From positions 24,651 through 56,650 of the forward strand of contig NZ_PQWO01000024.1 of assembly GCF_003231495.1 (NCBI RefSeq): a DNA stretch of 32,000 bases. Reading direction: 5' to 3'. A model generated the notes under the pieces. The model saw nothing but the letters and a program-made list of their open reading frames with translations. It was not told the DNA's origin and made no database searches. The DNA comes from Acaryochloris thomasi RCC1774 (GTDB taxonomy: Bacteria; Cyanobacteriota; Cyanobacteriia; Thermosynechococcales; Thermosynechococcaceae). The translations under genes and the position numbers were made by a program. Every line of letters starts with the position of its first letter. The stretch's first letter is position 1. Positions 1-8,594 of this stretch are shown here, piece by piece.

Positions 1-437
1 TTCGGGACGATAAGAAGAAGCCAAATTCGTATATTGCTGATACAACAACGGCGAATGCACAAGTGCGATCGCTCAGCGAAACCGTCCGTCTTGATGCCCG
101 TACGAAGCTCCTCAATCCCAAGTGGTATGAGGGAATGCTTAGCCACGGTTACGAAGGTGTGCGTGAGCTATCCAAGCGATTGGTCAATACAATGGGCTGG
201 TCGGCAACGGCTGGTGCCGTAGATAACTGGGTTTATGAAGATGTGAACACTACCTTCATCGACGATGAAGAGATGCGGAATCGCTTGATGAACCTCAACC
301 CTCACTCGTTTCGTAAGGTGGTTAGCACTTTGCTGGAGGTCAATGGTCGCGGCTATTGGGAAACCAGTGAAGAGAACCTCGATAAGCTGCGTGAGCTTTA
401 CCAAGAGGTCGAAGACAAAATTGAAGGGGTTGAATAA
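1..437 (+). CDS. chlH: Magnesium chelatase subunit H (ChlH), C-terminal ~145 codons; the 5' end lies outside the window
   Basis: Frame 3 is open from the window edge: [80 protein letters not shown]...[11 protein letters not shown]...IEGVE*. I recognise this as the conserved C-terminus of cyanobacterial/plant ChlH. The M at 63 in the ORF track is internal. Confidence 0.9.
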   Translation, partial: RDDKKKPNSYIADTTTANAQVRSLSETVRLDARTKLLNPKWYEGMLSHGYEGVRELSKRLVNTMGWSATAGAVDNWVYEDVNTTFIDDEEMRNRLMNLNPHSFRKVVSTLLEVNGRGYWETSEENLDKLRELYQEVEDKIEGVE

Positions 438-461
438 CTGCTTCTCGGTTTGAAATTACAA

Positions 462-493
462 AGCGCCTTGCCTTTTGGTGGGGCGTTGTTTTT
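462..493 (+). terminator. Rho-independent terminator candidate downstream of chlH
   Basis: Folded by eye: an 11-bp stem (A462-U487 through C472-G477, several G-U pairs) closes a UUUU loop at 473-476. A U-run follows at 489-493. It starts 25 nt after the chlH stop. Confidence 0.6.
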
Positions 494-806
494 GAAGGGA
501 TGGTGGGGCTACTCGCCACTGATTCCTACAATGTCTTCGCCTGCTTCCAAAAGCTCCAGTGACCTTGTCTTGAAAAAGTTGATACTCCGTTCAAGGAAAC
601 GATCTAGGACAATGTCGCTGGCTCATCAATCGCAAAAATAGGCAAGTTGAAACTTGTTGGCTTAGCCAAGCTGTTGAGGTTCTAGATTCCCTAATATTCT
701 CTCAGGGGAGTCTGTTCTACTTAGCTCCACGCTGCAGCTGAAATCTATTTGATCGGAGGTGTCTGCGGCAGGGTGATATTTTCCCTTGCTGAGAGCGACT
801 GTCATC

Positions 807-2351
807 TCAAGAACCATCAGCATGAAGCTTAACAATTGCCGTTGATTTCTGCTGCTGGATAAATGCTGCATAGGTTTCTGAGGGGCAATCGCCGAGCTGA
901 TCTACTTTTTGCCGCTCTCCACCCTGGGTGAAATCAATGCTAAATAGCCCGAACCGGGGTGTATAGGACCCCCATTCGTAGTTGTCGGTTAACGACCAAT
1001 GCATGTAGCCCACCAGCGGAATCTTTTCCTCTCGTAAGCGCTGTACTTGCCCAAGGTGGGCTTTCAAAAAGTCACTGCGGCTGAGCTGATCCTGTCGGGG
1101 CGCGACAATACTGTTGTCCGGTTTGCGCCGTAGGGCCATGCCATTTTCTGCAATCAGAATGGGTAGGTCAGGAAAAGCTTGGGCATAGTATTGGGTGAAG
1201 AAATATAGCCCATTGGGTAGACTGCGCCATTCCCACCATTTGCTCATCATGCCGCTCACGAGCCAGCTTCTTAGACCTTTTGTTTCGAACTCAAAGTCTG
1301 AAAAGATTGGAAACCTCAATGTGTGAGCTAAAAACGGATCGTAGTAGTCAAAAGCGAGGTAATCGACGACTTGCGATCGCACCGATCCTTCCAAAACCTG
1401 AAAGAACTTCTCTAGCTTGCTGGCTTCGAAGGTCCGATGCCCAGCCTGGTTTGCGACCCAGCGCACCGCTTGTCCCAATCGGTAGGGTAAGTCGCGCTTG
1501 AATGGAAAGTTAGCTTCACTCAAGGCTGTCTCTAATCGTTTGGCACTGTTGTATACGTAGTCCGATAGGTCGGCACGCTGAATACCTCGCTGTCTGCTGA
1601 GCAACAAATCCCAGATCAGCTGGTCAGACCAGTACAGATCGCTACAGTAGGTGTTGAGCGAGACCTTCGGCGTTGGCCATCCCTGGGCTTCGTAGGTGTC
1701 GTGAATTAAATTGTAGGCGTAGACATGGGCCGCTAATAAATGACTGTAGGCTCGAAAAATATGGTCCAGACCGCCCTTTGTCTCTGAAGGAAATTGATCA
1801 TTGAGATAGGTGTTGTTGACGAGAATATTGGGTTCGTTAATCGTGATATACCAGTGGATTGGCGCTAGCTCATGAACCTCTACTAATCGACGATTGAGCT
1901 GCGTCACCGTCACCTGAACGTAATCAGCAAAAGCGCTAATGGTCCGCTCCTCTAGCCATGCATCTATTCCCAGCCAAGCGGGATGGGTAAAGTGCTGCAG
2001 CGTGACAATCGGTTCTAACCCCTGGCGGCGACAGGCGGCGATCCGATCGGCATAGGCATCGATGGCGGCGCGGTCATAGGTGGGAGCAAGGCCCGTTTGG
2101 TGGTCCGTGGTTGGCTGAATCCGTGGCCATTCTAGGCCCATTCGGAATGCCGTTAGCCCCATCTGTTTGCAGGTTGTAAAGTCGTCTTCATAGCGCTGCC
2201 AGAACTCTGACGCTGCACCCGTTGTCATCACCTCTCCGGATTGTTCTGCTTGAGACCAGTTGTTTTGGGGCTGGTCGGGGCCGTTGAAGCCCCCTTCGCT
2301 TTGATAACCAGAGGTGGCAACACCCCAGAGAAAGGGTTGGGTAGAAGTCAT
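807..2351 (-). CDS. Glycoside hydrolase family 1 (beta-glucosidase-like)
   Basis: 514-aa ORF with ATG at 2351. It has the GH1 N-terminal signature FLWGVATSGYQSEGG, the acid/base motif ITINEPN and the nucleophile motif LIAENG. Confidence 0.85.
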   Translation of the reverse strand: MTSTQPFLWGVATSGYQSEGGFNGPDQPQNNWSQAEQSGEVMTTGAASEFWQRYEDDFTTCKQMGLTAFRMGLEWPRIQPTTDHQTGLAPTYDRAAIDAYADRIAACRRQGLEPIVTLQHFTHPAWLGIDAWLEERTISAFADYVQVTVTQLNRRLVEVHELAPIHWYITINEPNILVNNTYLNDQFPSETKGGLDHIFRAYSHLLAAHVYAYNLIHDTYEAQGWPTPKVSLNTYCSDLYWSDQLIWDLLLSRQRGIQRADLSDYVYNSAKRLETALSEANFPFKRDLPYRLGQAVRWVANQAGHRTFEASKLEKFFQVLEGSVRSQVVDYLAFDYYDPFLAHTLRFPIFSDFEFETKGLRSWLVSGMMSKWWEWRSLPNGLYFFTQYYAQAFPDLPILIAENGMALRRKPDNSIVAPRQDQLSRSDFLKAHLGQVQRLREEKIPLVGYMHWSLTDNYEWGSYTPRFGLFSIDFTQGGERQKVDQLGDCPSETYAAFIQQQKSTAIVKLHADGS

Positions 2352-2431
2352 ATCCGTTTTTTGAGGTTTTTAGTAATCTCCTCCCAGAGGAGAGGCCGAT
2401 GTACGGCCAGCTTTGGATCGCCAGCCTTTTG

Positions 2432-3583
2432 CTAGGAAGCTTGGGACAACGTGCGAGACTGCGCATCTGCCATAATTTGTTCAGTGATTTCAAGCGCGGC
2501 GTGAGGGCGCCCCAACGCATTGGCCCACTGCTGCATCTCTTTTAGTCGCTCTGGGTGCTTGAGCAAAAACCGAACAGCAGGAGCTACCATTTCAGGCAAT
2601 CGAATTTGCACCCCTGCACCCGCAGCAGCAATCACGTCTGCATTCTCTTCTTCTTGGCCGGGGATCGGGTCAACAATCACCATTGGAGTGCTGCGGGCGA
2701 GAACTTCGCTGGTAATTAAGCCTCCAGCTTTGGTAATCACTAGGTCGCTAGCCACAATCAAATCATCTACATAATCAATCATGCCAACTTTCTTGAGCCG
2801 CATGTGTGGCCCATCATCCATATCTTCCAGGGCCTCTAGCAGTTCATCACTACGGCCTGCAGCGACGACTAAGAGTCCAGATTCCGGGGACTCTAGCAAA
2901 TCCTGAACCATCCTGCGGACTCGCTTGGCGTTCAGGCCACCCCCAAAGAGAGTGATGATCGGTTGGTTGGGGGGAAGACTATGTTGCGATCGCACCTCCG
3001 CTTTCACCTTTGGCTCTGCAATCTTAAGGTCTACGGGAATCCCAGAGATGTGAAGTGCGTCAGCGTCGATGCCGCGCTGCATCAGCATCCGCTTGCTAAT
3101 TTCGTTGGGCAGGAAGTACTTATCAACGCCGTTATTGATCCAGGTGCTGTGAACCACGGCATCGGTCACCACCACATACTGCGGCATTGAGACCTGATCT
3201 TCAGATTCTAGAAGCTGCAGTAAACGGCTCGGAATCTGCTGCACGCAGACCACGATATCAGGATCAATATTGCGAACCAGTTGGCCCAGTTCACGGAAGA
3301 ACAGTCGCTCTAGTTTGGCCCAAGCCAGATTATTGTCGAGCGATCGCTCTAAATCATCAACGTCGCTGCCTTCGTAGTATGCCTTGTATAAAATCGGCAT
3401 GTTTTCGCTGAGCTGCTCATAGGTGCGCACGATCAGGCCCCGATAGATAGGGCTGGCGTGGGCCAGAGCGTCTTCGCTGTGAACCTCTAAATCGGGGATT
3501 TTAGAGAAGGCATCGCACAACGCTCGCGCGGCACTGACGTGTCCAGAACCGAGTGAGGCGTACAAAACAAGGATGCGAGTCAT
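2432..3583 (-). CDS. GT28-type glycosyltransferase (MGDG-synthase-like / diacylglycerol glycosyltransferase family)
   Basis: 383-aa ORF with ATG at 3583. N-terminal ILVLYASLGSGHVSAA glycine-rich loop. C-terminal ITKAGGLITSEVLA...PGQEEENA resembles the GT28 C-terminal domain. The substrate cannot be inferred. Confidence 0.7.
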   Translation of the reverse strand: MTRILVLYASLGSGHVSAARALCDAFSKIPDLEVHSEDALAHASPIYRGLIVRTYEQLSENMPILYKAYYEGSDVDDLERSLDNNLAWAKLERLFFRELGQLVRNIDPDIVVCVQQIPSRLLQLLESEDQVSMPQYVVVTDAVVHSTWINNGVDKYFLPNEISKRMLMQRGIDADALHISGIPVDLKIAEPKVKAEVRSQHSLPPNQPIITLFGGGLNAKRVRRMVQDLLESPESGLLVVAAGRSDELLEALEDMDDGPHMRLKKVGMIDYVDDLIVASDLVITKAGGLITSEVLARSTPMVIVDPIPGQEEENADVIAAAGAGVQIRLPEMVAPAVRFLLKHPERLKEMQQWANALGRPHAALEITEQIMADAQSRTLSQAS

Positions 3584-3613
3584 GCAGGGAACCTCATCGA
3601 TGTATAAAGAGCA

Positions 3614-3958
3614 TTACCGCCATTTGCGATCGCCCTCTTCGTCGACTCTCGCTTGCCGAATCGTATCAGAAATTTTCTCCGCATCTTTAACGTGGTGGAG
3701 CGCTTCTTGCTCACCATCGGGCTGATCAACCACAAAGTATGTGGGAACCACTTCACGATCACCCGTAATATCTGAGGCGTTCACTGCCACCTGTTGAGCT
3801 TTCTCTTCTACGGTCTTTTCTGAATTAACAACGTCACCGGAATTAACCGCTAGATCTGCTGGGTCTGCTTCTGGCTGGGTCTGCTTCTCTGGTGAAATTT
3901 GCTCAGGCGTGAGAGGCTGCTGCACACTGTCCTGCTTGGAATCTGTCGGCTGGCTCAT
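3614..3958 (-). CDS. Hypothetical acidic protein (114 aa)
   Basis: ATG-initiated ORF, co-directional with the GT28 gene and ending 30 nt upstream of it. The N-terminal half is acidic and low-complexity. No family recognised. Confidence 0.5.
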   Translation of the reverse strand: MSQPTDSKQDSVQQPLTPEQISPEKQTQPEADPADLAVNSGDVVNSEKTVEEKAQQVAVNASDITGDREVVPTYFVVDQPDGEQEALHHVKDAEKISDTIRQARVDEEGDRKWR

Positions 3959-4129
3959 AGCTCTTGGGGTCTAAACAATAGTATTTATTCCACCATCAGA
4001 GTAGGAGGCAAACACTGGCAGAGCCTCGACCAAAAGATAGACATCCATTGTCTTAGCGAGATAGATTTTGGCTATATACCCATCACCTCAAGGAGGACTG
4101 AAGCAAGTTTGGGGCACCACTTGCTAGTT

Positions 4130-5224
4130 CTACTCCGCGTAAGTAGGAAAGTCGGTATACCCTTCTTTATCGAAGGAATACCAAATGCCTTGATCCGGCG
4201 ACGGGTTAAGGGGCCAGTCGTTCGTGAAACGCTTCACCAAATCGGGATTGCTGATGAACGGACGACCAAAGGAGATTAAGTCTGCCTGTTGGTTTGCGAT
4301 CGCATCTTCTGCCTCTTCTCGGCTATATCCGCAGTTACCCATGAGCGGGCCATCAAACAATGAGCGAAACTCACTAAGCTGCATCGGTTCACCCAGCTCG
4401 TGGAACCCAAACGCCAAACCATCAAGCACGTGCAGGTAGGCTAATCCGAAGCTATTGAGTTGCTGTGCCACATAGGAAAACGTCTCGCGGTAGTCAGGAG
4501 ATCCCATGCTGTTGTAGTTACCGTTAGGCGACAGCCGCACGCCGATTCGGTTAGCAGGCCAAACCGCAGTAACAGCCTCCACAACTTCCTTGAGCAAGCG
4601 ATAGCGGTTTTCCAGACTGCCGCCGTAATCATCTTGGCGCTGATTTGTTTTGCTCTGCAGAAAGCTGTCGAGCAAATATCCGTTGGCACTGTGAACTTCA
4701 ACGCCATCGAAGCCTGCAGCCTTCGCATTCTTAGCCGCGCGTCGATAATCATCCACGACCTGCGCAATTTCATCAGTTTCCAAAGAACGAGGCGTTTCGT
4801 AAGGCTGCTTACCCTCCGGTGTGTGAATTGAATCGCCGTCAATCTTGATCGCTGACGGTGCAACCGGAGGCTGATTGTGCTCATGAAAGCTGCTGTGGGA
4901 CGCACGTCCGCAGTGCCATAGTTGCAGAAAGATGGTTCCTCCCTGAGCATGAACAGCATCTGTAACCTGCTGCCAAGCCTGAGTCTGTTCATCCGTATAG
5001 ATGCCGGGAACGTGCTGCCAACCGATGGCCTGATCGGAAATAAACGTTCCCTCCGTAATGATTAATCCTGCAGAGGCTCGCTGGGTATAGTATTCCGCCA
5101 TCAGAGCATTTGCCAACTGTTCTTTGCCCGCTCGAGATCGCGTCATCGGAGCCATCACTACTCGGTTCTGCAGTGACAGATCTCGCAGCTCAAATGAACT
5201 TAGCAAAGCATTAGACGCAGTCAT
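4130..5224 (-). CDS. Old Yellow Enzyme family NADH:flavin oxidoreductase (NemA/alkene reductase-like)
   Basis: Motifs MAPMTRSRA, HSANGYLLDSFL and FGRPFISNPDLV. I prefer the ATG at 5224 (MTASNALL...) to the track start at 5296, which adds 24 unconserved-looking residues. Confidence 0.85.
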   Translation of the reverse strand: MTASNALLSSFELRDLSLQNRVVMAPMTRSRAGKEQLANALMAEYYTQRASAGLIITEGTFISDQAIGWQHVPGIYTDEQTQAWQQVTDAVHAQGGTIFLQLWHCGRASHSSFHEHNQPPVAPSAIKIDGDSIHTPEGKQPYETPRSLETDEIAQVVDDYRRAAKNAKAAGFDGVEVHSANGYLLDSFLQSKTNQRQDDYGGSLENRYRLLKEVVEAVTAVWPANRIGVRLSPNGNYNSMGSPDYRETFSYVAQQLNSFGLAYLHVLDGLAFGFHELGEPMQLSEFRSLFDGPLMGNCGYSREEAEDAIANQQADLISFGRPFISNPDLVKRFTNDWPLNPSPDQGIWYSFDKEGYTDFPTYAE

Positions 5225-5357
5225 AGGCCAATGTTGATGATGAGTGACAGTAATTGTAAAAGGAAAGACAGGGAAAGTCTGTAGAGGCAAGCACATCCTA
5301 CTATCTTGTCTACAGAGTCACGCACAAAGAATATACGCTGCAAAAATATGTGTGGCT

Positions 5358-5876
5358 TTAGGGTAAGGAGGACTTGGGCAGGTTCTTCAATATGACTCTT
5401 CTGAGATCATCAAGCTGGTAGGGTTTACTGAGATAGTCATTGAAGCCAACAGACAATAGGCGCTCGCGATCGCTCATGTTAGCCAAGGCCGTCACCGCCA
5501 CAATCGGAATGTCTTGGGTCGCAACATTCCGCCGCAGGGATTCAAGCAGAGCTTGACTGTCGATGTCGGTCAACAACGCATCTAGCAAAATCAGATCGGC
5601 TTCGTACTGCTGCAGGAACGGAATCATCCTCAACCCCTCCGATAGGCCAACGTAGGGAAACCCAAACGATTCCAAGGTAGCAGAGATCACCAGTAGGCTA
5701 TCAAAATTATCATCAACGGCTAAAATTCGCGGCGGTTGTCGCTCTCCGGCGGGCTTCTGCCAGCAATGCTGACAAAACAAAATCCCATTTTCTTGAAAGA
5801 GAATGCGATCGCACCAACAGCATGAGGCACTCAAGATGTCGCCTGTCTGTTTTTGCCAAGGTTCTCTATAAATCAC
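5358..5876 (-). CDS. Single-domain response regulator (REC) with an N-terminal four-cysteine motif
   Basis: REC signatures are present: VDDN acidic pair, LILLD phospho-acceptor Asp, VTAL Thr and SKP Lys. The REC domain is preceded by CWC-x13-CQHC. The start codon at 5876 is GTG with no obvious SD, so the exact start is uncertain. Confidence 0.75.
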   Translation of the reverse strand: MIYREPWQKQTGDILSASCCWCDRILFQENGILFCQHCWQKPAGERQPPRILAVDDNFDSLLVISATLESFGFPYVGLSEGLRMIPFLQQYEADLILLDALLTDIDSQALLESLRRNVATQDIPIVAVTALANMSDRERLLSVGFNDYLSKPYQLDDLRRVILKNLPKSSLP

Positions 5877-5980
5877 TAGCGAGAGGTGTCATTGAACAGC
5901 GAAAAACTCGCCTGTACTGCATTTCAGCCTTCCATAGCTGATTATGAGCGTCTGTTAGACCTCGAACATAGTCAAAAAAG

Positions 5981-6751
5981 TTAGCCAAGGGACTCTCCCT
6001 GCTTTTGGAGGCGATTTAATCGCCGATACTCTGTCTTTACGAGGGAATAGCACTCGCAGCTAGCAGCCTCCAGCTCATCTCGATCTAGGATCGTAATCCG
6101 GCCCCGTCGATAGCGAATCAGACCTGCTCGCTGCAGAATGCCGGCCGCAATGGTGACACCGGGACGATTGATGCCCAGCATATTACTAATAAATTCTTGG
6201 GTCAGCCCCAGTTCATCTTGCTGCACGCAGTCCTGGGCTGAGAGCAGCCAGCGGGCAAGACGTTCTTCAATCGTATGTTGCCGGTTACAGGCCGCCGTCT
6301 GAGAAACCTGGCTGAATAGCGCCTGCGTGTAAAGCAGCAAGTGCTTGAAAAGAACAGTACCGGGTTGAGCGAACTCCATCAATTTTTCGGCCGTCAGCCT
6401 AAAGGCACCATCAGGAATTTGGACAATGGCCCGACTGGTCATGGATTGGCCACCCCAAAGAATCGGCAGCCCAACCATGCCTTCAGATCCGACTATTCCG
6501 ACCTCAGTCGTCGCACCGTTCTCCATGATTGAGACTAAAGAAACAACGGCTCGCAGCGGGAAGTAAACATCCTGGATGGGTTCACCGGGTTCATAGAGAA
6601 TTTGCCCACTCTCTAAGGATACCTTTTCTAAACTGGAGACAAGCTTTCCATACTCAGCCGCAGGCAAAGCCGCTAGCAACTGGTTTGCCGAAGTATTTTG
6701 ATTCACAATGAATGTTCCTATGAGTCTGGAGCGTGCGGAACTAGGAAACAC
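5981..6751 (-). CDS. Crp/Fnr family transcriptional regulator
   Basis: cNMP-binding-like beta-roll (GEPIQDVYFPLRAVVSLV...GIVGSEGMVGL) plus a C-terminal HTH (LTQEFISNMLGINRPGVTIAAGILQRAGLIRYRRGRITILD). The track start at 6751 is GTG. An alternative GTG at 6706, preceded by AGGAA, would give the usual short N-terminus (VNQNTSANQLLAALP). Confidence 0.85.
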   Translation of the reverse strand: MFPSSARSRLIGTFIVNQNTSANQLLAALPAAEYGKLVSSLEKVSLESGQILYEPGEPIQDVYFPLRAVVSLVSIMENGATTEVGIVGSEGMVGLPILWGGQSMTSRAIVQIPDGAFRLTAEKLMEFAQPGTVLFKHLLLYTQALFSQVSQTAACNRQHTIEERLARWLLSAQDCVQQDELGLTQEFISNMLGINRPGVTIAAGILQRAGLIRYRRGRITILDRDELEAASCECYSLVKTEYRRLNRLQKQGESLG

Positions 6752-7302
6752 CAGTGGTCAAGAACCGTTCTCTTAACTGCAGTGCTGTTTCGCTTAGAGC
6801 AGCGGGCAAACCTGTTCTGAGACACAAGCTGCCTATTGACTTCAGGAATGTTGATTAAATCAGGAGCATAGCCTGGATCTCTACTGACTCTTATCTACTC
6901 TTAGGTGTCGGCTGATGCGAGACGGCTAAGTATTAAGGGCTTGAGTGCAGAGATGCAGCGAAGCTCAGTTTAGAGGCTAATCAAGATTGGTGCTGTCATA
7001 AATAATGGACTTGCAGGCCATACTGCAGTAAACCATTCTCATAAGTCTAGACAAGCTCAGTTCCAGCCTGCCTGTATCTAAAGATAGAGAAAGAAATAAA
7101 GAAGAGAAAAATAGCATTGCCCTTGAGTTTGTCTCTGCCCAAAATGCTTTGCTGATCTATGAAAACTTACGCCAATTGATAGATGCTCTGCCTTCTCTGA
7201 AGCTGTTAGATTATGGGCCACTGAGCCGCATAGCGAAGGGCTATCTCAAGCCATGCGTGATCATCGGTGATCGGTACTATCTGTTAACTCAATTAGCGAC
7301 CT

Positions 7303-7521
7303 ATGTTTTTACAAAATAAGCAAACTGAAACGCTCATCAAGATTTTGGATGTTGAGACTCTGTTTAACCCTATGCACCAAGAGGTATCTGGTCGCTCACA
7401 AGCAGGTGAAGAAGAGCAGCCGCCCACAGATTACCCCAAGGAACAACTGCGGTTTCCTTCTGGTGAGAGTTTGCCCCGCTGCTGGTGGGATGTAGATTAC
7501 AAGGCATCCCTGTCGTCTTGA
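7303..7521 (+). CDS. Hypothetical small protein (72 aa)
   Basis: ATG-initiated ORF in an otherwise non-coding stretch. The acidic centre (QAGEEEQPPTDYPKEQLRFPSGESLPRCWWD) looks protein-like. I cannot name a family. Confidence 0.45.
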   Translation: MFLQNKQTETLIKILDVETLFNPMHQEVSGRSQAGEEEQPPTDYPKEQLRFPSGESLPRCWWDVDYKASLSS

Positions 7522-7595
7522 ATCTTGAGCGCTGGGTACATAGAGTACAGTAAGAGTGACTCAACCGTCGGCGGAAAGGAATTAAGAGAGAAGCT

Positions 7596-7964
7596 ATGCC
7601 TGCAGAAGTGGTCACCTATACGTTCCAGGGACTTGAAGGTACGCCTTCAACTTGTCAGCTCACGATTTACCGGAGGCCCAATTTCGACGTAGTGATTGTC
7701 GAAAATTCTGAAGCTGAGGACGAGACACTCGCGATCAAGCGCATTGAGGCGATTGTGACGGGGGCAACGGATACTTATCAGCTCGATCCAGACCGCACAA
7801 CATGGCTCTCTTGCACCCCAGAACCATTAGATTTACTGGGTGCGTTCCGTAAGATTCCGATTGAATGGGCGAAGGACGGGTTTACGCTGCCGAAACCGGG
7901 GACGCCATGGTCCTATCTTTCACGAGCTGAGGTTGAAGAGATGATCGGCGAATCCCCAGGGTGA
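7596..7964 (+). CDS. Hypothetical protein (122 aa)
   Basis: ATG preceded by a purine-rich GGAAAGGAATTAAGAGAGAAGCT stretch. Balanced amino-acid composition. No family recognised. Confidence 0.55.
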   Translation: MPAEVVTYTFQGLEGTPSTCQLTIYRRPNFDVVIVENSEAEDETLAIKRIEAIVTGATDTYQLDPDRTTWLSCTPEPLDLLGAFRKIPIEWAKDGFTLPKPGTPWSYLSRAEVEEMIGESPG

Positions 7965-8022
7965 GCACAAAAAAGTAAAAAGCGGCCTGCAAAAGGCTGT
8001 TCTAGGCTCTTTCCTCCTCCTT

Positions 8023-8427
8023 TTATTTGGGCCGAGTTAGGACATCCCAGGCGGCTTGGGCCGCTTCGGCCAGACGATCGCCCAGTAATGTCATTTCATC
8101 CACCATGCCCTGCCAGTTATCTTGAGCATCTTGAGCTAAAAGATTGGCGGATCGCTCAATTTGCTTCGGATCAATGAGCTGGGTTTCATTGACCGCTTCT
8201 TTTGCTGTTTGTACTGCTGCGAGGTAGGTATCTAAAGCCACGTTTTGCGCACCTTGAACTTCGGCTTGCGCTTTCCGCTTGAGAGCCTCGACGAGATTCT
8301 TTGTTTCCTGTTTGACAGATTCTTCGGCATCCGGCATGTCTCGTTCAACGAGAGCATCAGTTTCAGGACTCACTTTAACGATAGCTAGATCTCTTGGAAT
8401 GCTAGGTTCTGGAGGAGATGGACTCAT
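8023..8427 (-). CDS. Hypothetical alpha-helical protein (134 aa) downstream of dnaK
   Basis: ATG at 8427. Ala/Glu/Gln-rich helical-looking sequence. Co-directional with dnaK but separated from it by a strong hairpin at 8535-8575. Confidence 0.6.
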   Translation of the reverse strand: MSPSPPEPSIPRDLAIVKVSPETDALVERDMPDAEESVKQETKNLVEALKRKAQAEVQGAQNVALDTYLAAVQTAKEAVNETQLIDPKQIERSANLLAQDAQDNWQGMVDEMTLLGDRLAEAAQAAWDVLTRPK

Positions 8428-8534
8428 AATTAAAGCCTCTATGGCTAGAGAATACTTGACTGGAGCGTAGCTAGACTGTGGTCTTTTTGCTGATGGTAGT
8501 TAGGCTCAGCCTAATACAGATCATCTAAAAGTTT

Positions 8535-8575
8535 TGCAATGTGACAGGCTAGCTTAGTTAGTCTGTCACATTGCA
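8535..8575 (-). terminator. Perfect 13-bp inverted repeat; likely dnaK terminator
   Basis: TGCAATGTGACAG (8535-8547) pairs perfectly with CTGTCACATTGCA (8563-8575) across a 15-nt loop. It begins 20 nt after the dnaK stop. On the minus strand it is followed by AAAACUUUUAG. Confidence 0.6.
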
Positions 8576-8594
8576 TCATAACGCTGAGGTGGGG

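Noticed and set aside
168-404. 78-aa minus-strand ORF inside the chlH 3' region
   Set aside because: It lies entirely antisense to a strongly conserved ChlH coding frame, so it is a shadow ORF.
450-871. Track ORFs 450..641 (+) and 662..871 (-) in the chlH/GH1 convergent spacer
   Set aside because: 450..641 starts at a TTG inside the chlH terminator hairpin and has Ser/Lys-rich low-complexity sequence. 662..871 overlaps the GH1 3' end and has no SD. No family resemblance for either.
1280-3411. Plus-strand and overlapping ORFs within the GH1 and GT28 genes (1280..1501, 2188..2520, 2241..2435, 2520..2774, 2963..3190, 3187..3411)
   Set aside because: All are antisense to, or out of frame with, well-supported genes, and are Arg/Ser/Pro-rich as expected of shadow frames.
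3580-4992. ORFs 3580..3762, 3899..4279, 4224..4439, 4441..4992 and 4460..4831
   Set aside because: They overlap the 114-aa ORF or the OYE gene in alternative frames or on the opposite strand. They have no motifs, and the OYE frame explains the open reading.
5225-5296. Upstream N-terminal extensions offered by the ORF track (5296 for OYE; likewise 13245 for DUF2949, 16331 for the repeat protein, 26112 for DUF1003-like, 29873 for the hydroxylase, 30925 for the 129-aa ORF)
   Set aside because: The track appears to accept TTG and GTG as starts (I verified TTG at 29873, 27319 and 30925). In each case an internal ATG with a better SD, and without overlap of the upstream gene, fits the conserved protein N-terminus better.
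7074-7087. NtcA-like site GTATCTAAAGATAG in the Crp/Fnr upstream region
   Set aside because: It ends in TAG rather than the TAC required by the GTA-N8-TAC consensus, and no appropriately spaced -10 box is evident.
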